A stretch of 61,914 bases of DNA, counting the filler, from Basidiobolus ranarum (lineage: Eukaryota), in assembly GCA_040143965.1 (NCBI GenBank). It is 8 parts of 8 records of this genome, joined end to end, with 100 filler letters (N's around TTAATTAATTAA, not from the genome) between each part and the next. Parts side by side here need not be neighbours in the genome. Positions count along the whole stretch, not along the records: positions 1 to 7,676 come from JASJQH010007958.1; positions 7,777 to 15,442 come from JASJQH010007959.1; 6 more parts are not named here. One strand, written 5' to 3'. Shown in pieces: positions 1 through 10,853 of the stretch (position 1 is the stretch's first letter; each line of letters begins with the position of its first letter). The notes under the pieces are model-generated. The model saw only the letters and a list, made by a program, of their open reading frames with translations, did no database searches and was not told the DNA's origin. Position numbers and translations under genes: made by a program.

Positions 1-379
1 GACAGACTTCTTGGTGAGATAGATGGAGATACGCAGTATTATTGTTTTAGCCATGGGGTAATCTATTCAAGCAATGACACATCTACTTGTGGCAGGACAT
101 TTGTTGACTGCAAGTTGGGGATATATTGGCTGAATTCTTTACAGAAATTTGCCAAAATCCAAGAGCTTATTCTCATTGTGAACAGTAACAAGAGTCAGCT
201 ATTTGCCAAGTGTCAGTGCTATTCAAAATTTCAGATGTTTAGCAATTTTTCCACCGTTAGTTTGCTGGTAAAGCATATTGATGTTGTTGAGTTATGTCTA
301 AACAGTTAAATATGGGCATATGTAGAGACTAAACACAATGAGATTCTTGTATTTTTTGGTTAGTGCTTCAATGCCAGTT

Positions 380-517
380 ATCAATCAAAATTCCTGCCCA
401 AGTATCTTCCCTGTCTATTTTTGTCTTGTCTTGCCTTGTGGTCTACACACAAGTACCCTCCTGCTTTCTAGCCTCTTGTCTCTGTTTCCAGTCTTTTTCC
501 AGTTCCTTATTGTGACA
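380..517 (+). repeat. 3' part of an LTR-like repeat (family D, probably gypsy-type)
   Basis: Closely matches 31170-31311 (AATAAA-like signal, (TCTTG)n tract, ...GTTCCTTATTGTGACA terminus); the contig-5 copy sits next to gypsy pol. Confidence 0.7.
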
Positions 518-668
518 CCAATTACTCTAATCATCCCAACTACTTATAACAGGCTCCCAAATACTTTAACTGGTTGAAAGCCCCAAGATTGCACTCTGTG
601 TAATGTCTACTTCTCAGATTACTAGAATGTTTCTCTGTTTTCAAGAATTTCCTGCACTTAATTATTGT
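518..668 (+). mobile_element. Copia family-B LTR 3' end, PBS-like site and gag start
   Basis: ACAGGCTCCCAAATACTTTAAC matches the ends of family-B LTRs (11907, 12393). It is followed by GGTTGAAAGCCCCAAG (variant of GGTTATGAGCCC) and ATG at 603 giving MSTSQITRMF.., similar to family-A gag MSTSTITNVF.. Confidence 0.65.
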
Positions 669-1337
669 AATATCCATAAAAATATTTTCGTCCCAAGGTA
701 CAGAAAGTTTAAGACTAATAACCATGCTGATGGCCTTGACCATTAACTTGGTGATGTTCATGCCCGGAATAAGACTGTTGATTTTGCTTATCTGCGTCTG
801 AATATCCGTATTTATATCTTTATGGTCTACATACACGCTAAAATCAGAGCCTTCTGTATTGGGAGAAATTATAATACGATCCGACATATAACCATATGTA
901 ACCATGGTCTTGTACTTCTCCCCCTTCAACACAATCGGAGGCGCACCTTTCCAAACTTTTTGGACCATTGTTTGATCGCTCTGATTTAAAAATAATACAG
1001 AGTAAATATTAGATGCGTTTTTTTCTCCCAGCTTTTGCGTGTCAAACATATACTCCAACACATCTTTCTTGGATTTGAAAACTTTATCCAACTCTATCTG
1101 CAAGTTTCCCTCCAAAAAAATTTTCTTGACATCTATATCAAGAATGTTGGTTAAGAGATGAGTTCTAAGAATAGCATCCAGGTTCATAATGTTAGCCATT
1201 TCAAACTTGCACCTTGTACACAAATTACCAATCTTAGAAACAATATTCTTTACAGATTTTGTGAGCTTATTGTAGTAGATAGAATAGTGTGGGATAGAGG
1301 TGTTAGCCAAATCATTCAGAAGAAAGCTTAATACCAC
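669..1337 (-). CDS. Orphan coding fragment of possible viral/foreign origin (core ~669-1200)
   Basis: 265-aa open frame (540-1337) in a contig where all TE frames are broken; I/K/N-rich; CpG retained at 689-1040. The last ~40 codons are only antisense copia gag/PBS/LTR. Confidence 0.5.
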
Positions 1338-2279
1338 TATAAATCTGCAGCAAGGCTGAATCTTTATACTGGAAGCCTAAAACAATATATATGAGATATA
1401 TTCTTTGCTCAATTGTTAAAGAATAAAGATGCACTATGACAAGTCAATAACTTGATACTTTCTGAGAAAAGATTATTTTTGATGAAAGAACTATCATGAA
1501 TATTCTAATTTATAGTGATAGCTCTGATTCTGGTGGTTTCTCTAACTTGAAGTGTGAAGGAAAAGATTTAGTTCTTGAACATTGGCAAAGGCTGTGAGCA
1601 AGAGTGAAGCATAATCAAATGATTGGAAAAGTGAAGATAACTAAGAAAGAATTCAAACTGCAATCTTCAATATTCAAGCCTGGTTCAGTAGCAATAAGAA
1701 TATTTGTTATTCAGCTATGATAAAGGCTGGAATATCTAGTATAAGAGAGATAAAGGATATTTTGCAGGTTTTGTTAGTGCTAAGGCCAGAAAAGGTTTTG
1801 CTAGGGGGAAGGATTGCTTATATGAAAAATGGCTGAGATTAACTGTTTTTAATTGGTGACTGAGTATAAATGCAATGAGTGGGTTGCGTGGAATCAAATT
1901 GACAATAAGATCATTAGTACCAGAGCAGTGGCTTTGATACTATGAACATCACAGCAGCCAGTGTTGTTGCAGTTATGTGCTAAATTGGAAAAGAGTCCAT
2001 TAGTTGGTTCAAAGGATATGGCCAGTTTTCTGAGCATGTTGAGGTATTGAATTCCTGTGTTCTTAATATATGCTCATGTTAATATTTTATCATGGCAATT
2101 TTCAAATAGTTGATGCTCTGCCAATAATTGATTAATATTATGATTCATGCATGGTGGAAAAGCTCTAATTTGGAAAATTATGATCATAGTTAATAATACT
2201 GTGATTGATTAAGTGTTCATGCTACTATGAGTGAATAGAAGTTCTTCTTCTGTTTCTCAAACTGTAAAATAATACAAGA

Positions 2280-4790
2280 CAGCAATATGTCAGATTATTC
2301 CTGCTTTACAAGAGTAAGATGCAGTTGGAATAGTTCCAACACTATAATGGAAACAATGAAAAAGTTTCTGAAACTGAAGTTATACTCCATGTTAACAAAG
2401 AATCAAGTGCCTTTAATACAATTTGTCTTGATATTGCAGACAGATTGCTAATCAATGTTCAAGAGCCAAAGCTGTCAAAAAGACAAGGTAAGCCTTGGAA
2501 GAAAACTACCAAATATATTTTGCTGCCACCTCAATGCTTCTAAGAACAAGATACTCTCTCTTAAAGATAGAACCAGGTGTATTCATTAAATCACCAAGTG
2601 ATTTAGTCATTATTTTAGTGAATGAAAAGCAAGGTATTGAGGTAACTACTACTGATACACATACTGTAATTGTAGTCCCAAATAGCCAGCTACATATCTT
2701 TTAGAGCCTAGGTGTATACATAAAATCAAGAACAAAAATTTGACTGAAGTTTTGTGTTTGGCCAACTTCCAGATAAAGATTTATTTGAATCAGGATCCAC
2801 AAAAAGAATGAAGAAATAGCTATAATAGGCTATATGAAACATTCCTGTAAAGATCAAAAGAATTTTGAGAAGATATTCAAAATAATCTGCAATTAATGTT
2901 AAACAACTGGTCATTTAAGCAAAGATTGTTTTTAAAGAATGGGAAAGGAGAAAAACAAACCCACTATGGAAATGTGTTCACTACAGAAGTCCACTCTGCA
3001 CTATCTATGACTGGAAATAAGGACTCTCATATGTGGTAAATTTATTTCTGGAACTTGGCAATATTTTACTAATGAAAAATAGTGTCTTAAGTCTTATGAA
3101 GAAATCTCAATTAGAAATGTTTCATTGGAGCTGAATATATATTGGATGCCATTGGAATAGGAACAGATCAAGTCAATACAACTTCTGCTTCCATAGATAA
3201 AGTGAATACTTTTACAGATGCCTACATCCTCCTAATATTGTGAAGTACTTAATATATGTATATAAGACCACATCAGAAGGGCACAAATTGAAGTGTAATA
3301 AGTTAGGTTGCACCATCACTGATCAAAATGGGAATCATTCAGCTTTGAGGTAACCTGATCAAAGCTTATAAAAGCTTACATATAATCAAAGAAACTTATA
3401 TGTAATTATAGATTATTTCAAGCAGGAAACTATTCATTCATGGCATAGGAGAGTTGGCAATATATAATTTCGTTACTTGATTTCTAAAGTTCAAATCAAG
3501 ACCCTCAACCAAAATGAAAATTGTTAGGGTTGTTTATTCAAAAAACAAGCCAGGTAATTGCTCAAGAGCTTGGGCTGAATCCAATCTGTCAAATTGTTGG
3601 ATTTAAAGCATTCCAATTTGAGTGAACATATGCATAATTAATGTCTTGGTGGAAAAAGATATTACATCAAATTTATTAATAATTATACACAAAACAGCTG
3701 GGTCTACTTTATGGAAAGGAAATAAGAAGCTATTTTTAGAAATATTAAAGCTTTTGCATAGACTGAAACTGAATTTGTGGCCAGAACGTACTTACAGTTA
3801 AGGGTGGAGACCACACTTTAAAATTATTCAATCATTCTTACAAAGTTCATAGAATTAAGCCAGAAACCACTGCCTCCTATTCACCTCTGCAAAATGAAGT
3901 TCCTGCAAGAGGCAACAGGACTATAATTGAAATGACATGATTGATGCTACATGTAAAATATTTTGCCATGTTTTTAGATGGAATACACTGCTAGAGTGGT
4001 CTATCTGAAAAATAGGAATATTGCTGGATGTCTGCCTAACTCCACACCATATCAAGCTTGTTTCGGAGTTACACCCAATGTAAAGCATTTAAAATCTTTG
4101 GCTGCATTGTTTATATCAAACCCATAACTGGCCTAACATTGATCCAAATAGTAAGAAATGCAAATTTCTAGATTGATGTTTCCAAATTAGGCATCACAGA
4201 TTGTATTCTACTAAAATTCAAACTTCACCAAAGCAAACAATTTTTTGCTTGATGAAAGTAAGCTAGTATATTCCAAAATGATGTTACAGGATGAAAAATC
4301 TAATTTGGTCCTGAACCCATGTTTCCAAAGAATAAACCAAAAAAGAGCAAACAGCACATTCCTTTAAACCTAGCTACAGAAGAGCCCAATACAATGCTAG
4401 AAGCTGTATCACCTTTATCCCATACCAGGAGATCAAATTGGATCAGAAATAAACCCAATTACTCTATCTATAAGTCTCAAAATGAGGCTTATGCATTGAT
4501 AGCTCAACTACATAAGCACCAGACTGTAAAAGAGGCCCTGAATGGCCCTCATGCAGAATTTTGGAGATCCACATTGGCTGATGAGTGCTTACCCTTGACT
4601 GATAGCCAAATTTGGATTTTCAACAACATATCTGATGATAGAAAATCAACTTGTCTGATCATAGAAACATAATTGGTTGCCAATAGGTTTGTGAGTCAAA
4701 CACATCTGTGATAGCTAAATAGAAAGATATAAGGTTAGAGTAGTAGTTAAAGGCTATTTCCAAACACCAGGAGATTACACTAATGCCTTA
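2280..4790 (+). mobile_element. Degenerate Ty1/copia internal region (family distinct from A)
   Basis: WHRRVG pre-integrase motif ~3440; T.A.YSP.QN..R.NRTIIEM integrase ~3865-3935; RT start (EALNGP..W; KVRVVVKGYFQTPG ~4730); many stops and frameshifts. Confidence 0.75.
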
Positions 4791-5102
4791 ATTTTTCTAT
4801 GATCAGACAAGTTGATTTTTATAGTAAACTATAAATAGGACATATTCAACTCAATACAACCTAAGTATCTAATTTGAAAATCCAAATCTTGTCCAAAACT
4901 CTTTTATTGGGCTATGAGCCCCAAGCTAGCTGTTAAATGAATGTCTACTAGTACTATTATTAACATTTATGAATCCACAGAGAAGTTTGCTGGTGAAGAC
5001 TTTTACCTTTGGAAGTTCAAGGTTCAAATGGTGCTAGAAAACAACAACCTTTAGGGATTTGTTACAGGAATAGAAATAGCGCCAAAAGGACCACCAGAAG
5101 CT
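4790..5102 (+). mobile_element. Truncated copia family-A LTR 3' half, PBS and gag start
   Basis: LTR-A U5 sequence, GGCTATGAGCCCCAAG at ~4910, then MSTSTIINIYESTEKFAGEDFYLWKFKVQM; interrupted at 5103 by a reverse-strand element. Confidence 0.8.
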
Positions 5103-7676
5103 TGACAAAAGTGTTTGGGGGATTTGGAAGTGTTTTGGACAAGATTTGGATTTGTGAATTAGACACTAATGTTTTAATGAAGTGAATATGTCCTATTTAT
5201 AGTTTATTGTGTAATAGGACTATTGGATATGCTTAGATCATAACAAAAATGCCTGTAAGGCATGATTGAAATTTGACGTGGTTTGGAGAAGATTTGAGAA
5301 AATAGTCAAAATTGGTAAAAGTGATCTAATTGATATTTCTATCAATTAGAGCAATAAACATACATTTTTGAATGCCAGAATTGAATGCTAAATAATCAGA
5401 ATATGCATAAGCTAACTACTAAATAATGAGTTGCTATTTACCTAATTTCAACATTCCCACTCAACTAATTATATTGTAGTTTTCTTAACCTGATTTACAT
5501 CTTAATAATTCAAATTGTGATTTAGCTAAAGGTTTAGTTAAGATGTCAGCAGCCATTCCTTCAGTAAGGCAATAGACAAGTTCAATTATATCATTCTTTA
5601 TTGCTACTCTAACAAAGTGATGCCTAATATATATATGCTTTATTCTAGCATGAAATGTTGGGTTTGTAGCTAATGAAATACAACTTTGATTATCTTCAAC
5701 CGCAGTAATGGCACATTTTTGTATCTATTCTAAGGGTTTAAATAACTTCCTAACCACATAGCTTCTTGTGTAGTAGCAGAGGCAGCCATATACCCTGCTT
5801 CTGTAGTGGAAAATGCTATGGTCTGTTGCTTCTTACTATTCCAAGTTATGGCTCCACTACCATAGAGAAAAGTGTATCCAGTTGTTGATCTTCTTTCATC
5901 AAGGTCTCTTCCCCAGTCTGCATCACTGTAGCCTTCAAAAATTTGAGCATCAGGAGTGGCAGAGTATTCCAGAACTAGATCTACAGCTTCTCTCAAATAC
6001 CTGCAGATTTGTTTTACTGCAGTTTTATGCTCAGATCCTGGAATATTGAGATATTAGCTGACAGTTACCACTGCCACAGCAATGTCTGGACATGTTCCAA
6101 CCATTGTATACAATAAACTACCCACCATCGATTGACAAGGGAACTCCTGGCTTTGATTTGAGTCCTTTTGGACCAAATCAGATGAAATTTTAAATAACTT
6201 CACATTGGGATCCATTGTTGTTGATGCAGGCTTGCTATTCTCCATGTTGAAGCATTTTAGGATGTTTAGGAAGTATCTAGACTGATTTTGCTTGATTTTC
6301 TGAATGGTTTATCTCTCTTGATTAGGATTCCAAGAAAATACCTTAATTCTCCCATATTGGTTATCAGACATTAGTTTGATAAGCTGTTTTTTGTCTGATT
6401 AAATGCTTCTGGATCATTTGTGGCTATGATTAAGTCATCCACATATAGTTGCAAGATAAGATTCCTATTTACAGTTGTCCTGCTGTAAATACTGTGAGCT
6501 GCTGTGCATTTTTGGAATTCAAGTGATTCCAAATAGGTATCTAACTTGCTGTTCCATGCTCTTAGTGCTTGCTTGAGTCCATATAGCAGTTTTTGCAGTT
6601 TACAGACCATATCGTGATGTTTTGGATCAACAAATCCATCTGGTTGCTCCATATAGATCTCTTCTTCTAGTTTTCCATTCAGAAAGGCTGTTTTTACACC
6701 CATTTGATGTAGATCAAGGTTGTGGATGGCCAAGAGTGCCAGGATTGATCTAATGGCGCTAAAATTAGCCACTGGAGCAAAAGTTTCATTTAAGTCAACT
6801 CCTGGAGTCTGGTAAACACCCTTTGAACCTTATCTTGCGTTATACCTTTCTATGGTTCCATCATCTTGGTTTTTGATTTTGCAGACCCATTTGCAACCAA
6901 TTGGCTTTCTTCCTGTTGGAAGAGGACTTAAAAATCATGTTGTATTGTCCTGGAGTGAAGAAAACTCATCTAACATTGCTTTTTCCCATAACTTTGATTC
7001 TGGACTCTGAAGAGTTTGTATTTGGAGTCTGTGGCTTATCACAGAATGCTGCATAAGCATATGCATCATCATTGGAAGTGTTCCATGAGTTTCCTGGCTT
7101 ATTTCTCCTTCAGGAAGATCTTTTGGGTCCTGAATCATCCTCTGATGTGATTGGGACTTGAATTTTGGTTGAATAGGGCTTGGATACAGCTGGAATTTTG
7201 TCATACACTTCCTGAATAGTGCTGATTGTGTTTTCTGGATCAAGAACTGTGATTTGAGATGAAGAATTTGCTTTTTCATCAAAAAACTCATCTCTGCATT
7301 TGCTTAACTTCTGATTTTTGGTATCAAACAGTCTGTAGGCCTTAGATCCATTGCAGTAACCAAGAAACATGCATTTTCTGCTTTTGGGTTCCAATTGAGA
7401 GCATTTTTAAGTTGGATTAAGGAATATGCTGTGCAACCAATGATCCTGAGATGATCCACACTTGGTTTTGATCCATATAGGGCTTTAAATGGGGTATAGT
7501 TTTGTAGCATTCTTTTTGGGCATCTGTTTTTGATATAGGCTGCTGTGGAGTCAGATTCAGCCCAATATTGGTCATATAACATTGATCTTGCCATCTCCAC
7601 CATGGCCCTATTAGCACATTCTGCAACTCCATTTTGCTGTGGAGTATAAGGTACAGTAGTTTGTTGCTTAGTTCCA
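5103..7676 (-). mobile_element. Degenerate Ty1/copia element, family A (IN-RT-RNaseH-PPT-3'LTR), cut by contig end
   Basis: Integrase (PYTPQQNGVAE, NRCP), RT (VKTAFLNG, LYGLKQA, LYVDDL), RNase H (YSDADW, RSTTGY, STTEA); PPT GAGTGGGAA at 5454-5462; LTR TGTTG...GTCA 5453-5103. Confidence 0.95.
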
Positions 7677-7776
7677 NNNNNNNNNNNNNNNNNNNNNNNN
7701 NNNNNNNNNNNNNNNNNNNNTTAATTAATTAANNNNNNNNNNNNNNNNNNNNNNNNNNNNNNNNNNNNNNNNNNNN
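7677..7776. other. Artificial contig linker N44-TTAATTAATTAA-N44
   Basis: Identical 100-nt spacer with stop codons in all six frames, present seven times. Confidence 0.99.
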
Positions 7777-7990
7777 CAAAATCCAGATACTTAACCTCAC
7801 TCAACGAAACCTCCAGCTCGGAGAATCGTAGAAGGGAATTTCGGGTCATGATGGCATCGAGTTCATCAAAAATTGACACTTTCGACTTGGGATCAGCTCC
7901 ATTAAAGTTCGATGTGAGGGGAGCAGCTCTAGGTAGGAATTTAGAGTAAAATCGATTCTTCCGCGAGATTAGACGAGTGAATGAGAGCAT
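7777..7990 (-). CDS. 5' end of a gene with a mitochondrial-presequence-like N-terminus (truncated by contig end)
   Basis: MLSFTRLISRKNRFYSKFLPR is R/S/L-rich with no acidic residues; frame open to the gap; normal CpG content. Confidence 0.5.
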
Positions 7991-8882
7991 AACTATTGAA
8001 GTGATGGGGAAGTATCGATCAAAATAGTCATGAACATCGAGGAGTCTCCAAGCTTTTAAACCTGATTTTCCAGATCCATCAATCGAAACGATCTGACTCT
8101 ATGACCTATTATTGTGCACTTGCAGATGATTTGTCTTCACCAGCTCAATCCACACCTTCACCCAATGAATACAGCTTCATTCCACCCATTTCTCTACACC
8201 CAGTCACCATTATCGATTAGCCTTCCACTCCTTTCCTTTTCGGTAGACTATTAGATCCATTCAGTGCCCTGAATCTCACTTCAAATCATTCAAAATTCCG
8301 CCCTTAGCTGCCTCACACTTCGTCTCCCGTACAATCCTTTGGCCTTGGAGTATTTCGAATATGAATCTGACGGCAGCTTTCAAATGGCCTATCCCAGGTC
8401 AGCAACTGAAACTAGAGTTATACAATACAAATACAATCTCCGAACTCGTTTCGACATATCACATCTCACTCACCAAGAGGTTGGTTGCTATTTATTAGCA
8501 CCTTCGACATCACGCCAAACATTCAGTTGAGCGATGATTCATCTGTCATGCATACGATACATCTAGTTGATTCCGAGAATAGCATTCCTTACTCATTGTG
8601 ACACACATTAAGGGTAAACACCACTACATGACCTGAACTATGGGTAGATCATGTGGCCACCAAGTAATCGCTGGTGGTCGTGTTGATATGGAACGGGGAG
8701 AAAGTGGTGAAGCCCTGGATGGGTCGGTTTTCTTGGATGTAAAAACATGGTTGATACTTATTGAAATCTCATTTATTCGAAATATGTGGAGATCGTAGCT
8801 GTATGGAAATGATTGAAAGGTATGGATCCAATTGAATATTGAAACTCGGTAAAAAAACTATCGTCAAATCCTATGTGATAGG

Positions 8883-9966
8883 TTATTGGCTCGCAGCTTG
8901 GGGTTCGGGTTGACGAACAATTGGTTGACCATATGAAATGATACCGTCACGGGCAAAAGTGTAGACCTTACTAACCATGGCAGGAATCTTTGGGTTTGCA
9001 GTAGGGGGAAGGAGATGTTTATCAAGAAATCCACGAACTTCCGCGAAGGTTTGTCGGACATGTGGGGAAAGATGATAACGGATACGAAGAAAGTTGGCAT
9101 AGAAGAGGGTACCGATGGGCGATAGCTGGAATCTATATGATAAAGTTATTTAGAACTTACACCTCCTTTTAAGAATATATAACATGCACTAACGTAATTG
9201 CGCCGAGTAGTTGTAGACCCATCACCCCGATCACTTCAACTTTGGCAACATTTTTCATAGCAGCGTCATAGTAAGTATCCTTAAAATGTTTCATCCCCTT
9301 GGCAAGGTTGGCAGCCTGGCTACCTCCAGCGGAACGAGTGGTAGAATTAATATCAGGAAATATAGTTGGAAGAAGTGTGACGCGAGCAAAGTCGATGACA
9401 TGGAAAAGTGAATAGACCGCGAAGGGAATCACAGTAACTACAAATAAAGTAACCAGGACACTAAGCAAAACTTTCTCAGAAACCAGAGATGATTTATGAT
9501 CTTACCAAAAAGAGAAGGAGAGATATACCACAAAAGACCCATTAACATATAGTGAACATTATCGTCCATAAATACGCGTTGCAAAAATGCCGAGTTAAAT
9601 TGAGGCACCTAATGTTGCAAAATATTAGCATCTGTTACTAAGTTGGGATGAGTTAGAAAAACTTACGCCATATGTTTTCCAGACTGTAATACCATAGCTG
9701 ATCAATACTCCAATGTATATTTTACTATACCAACTCTGAGCAGAGGCAGCGGATCCGAATACTTTATTGTAGAAATAAAAGAAGGTACTAATAGTAACAA
9801 TACAGTGACCAATCCACCAAGCGAATCTAGGATTCTAAATACAGTCATTTCAACGAAATTAGCACATATTTAGAATGTATACAAAGGTTGATATTTCAGT
9901 TCTTACCATAACCAAAGGTTTAATACGCTCAACTAGCGAAGCGGGGGGTTGAGGTCTAGAAGACAT
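8883..9966 (-). CDS. POM33: Pom33/Tts1/TMEM33-family ER/nuclear-pore membrane protein, ~5 exons
   Basis: Spliced translation MSSRPQPP..NPRFAWWIGH..FMDDNVHYMLMGLLW..PFAVYSLFH..YANFLRIRYHLSPHVRQTF..ASQ*; GT-AG introns. Confidence 0.88.
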
Positions 9967-10853
9967 ACTGTAATAAGCTAAAGCAAAGTGACAGAGTGTT
10001 ATCCAAAGTAAAATGGGGAAGCTGGCAGTTTGGATCCTTGGTGGTTTTATTTGATGCGTGAAATCCAACGCATTTCATTAAGCATTTCTCATAAACCCGA
10101 TTGAGAAATCAGTAATCGTCGATGTCACTCTGGCCAGTTATTGGAATTTGTTGGCCAATCCAATGAATTTAATTTAAAAAACCATCTTTACTAAGGAGAT
10201 TTTTTAGCTATGCTTTCAAGCCAACAATTTAATATAATGCTATTCGGTCTCTTGGCATTGCAAAGCCGAGTGGAGCATCAGCATTATACGCCAATTTCAT
10301 TAAAAGTACCGTAGTAAGACGAGCAAGCTCCATAGTTGTAAGGAGTATAATGATAGGACCGTTGCGTAATCCGAGGTAGAAAATGGGCGACTGAATCTAT
10401 CTCCCAAGTCTCGAAAAAAGTCGATAATTCTATAATAGCCGAATACTTCATTGCTAACAGTAACAAGTGCAGTATTTGATCTAGGGTAATCCTCCATTTT
10501 GGGAGCCATGTCGATATTTCCATATCTCTGAGCACAAAACGTCATCTTATATAAACGCCAATAACGGGATGATATCAGTATGAAATGGGATGAGATACTC
10601 TATTCTCTAGGCCATTGCACAATGTCCATTTATGGAAAAGCCTATACAAAACACAATCTGTAATGCAACTTGCTATCCGGCAAAGAATATCAGGAATATG
10701 AAATCAGGCTTGTTACATTCTCTACTTCGATCGCCATGTTGTCAAGCTAGACAAGAAGACGAGGTAGAGTGATGCTAAATGGTATCATGATATATATTGC
10801 TGCTAAAACGAGTTTTGCTGGGCAAGTTTCAGGCTTTTAGATGACCTCAGTAC

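Noticed and set aside
540-668. C-terminus of the 265-aa ORF as genuine protein
   Set aside because: It is the antisense of a copia LTR end, PBS and gag start
7721-7732. Recurrent TTAATTAATTAA at ~7.75-kb spacing as a biological periodic element
   Set aside because: Always embedded in symmetric N44 blocks; it is an all-frame-stop assembly linker
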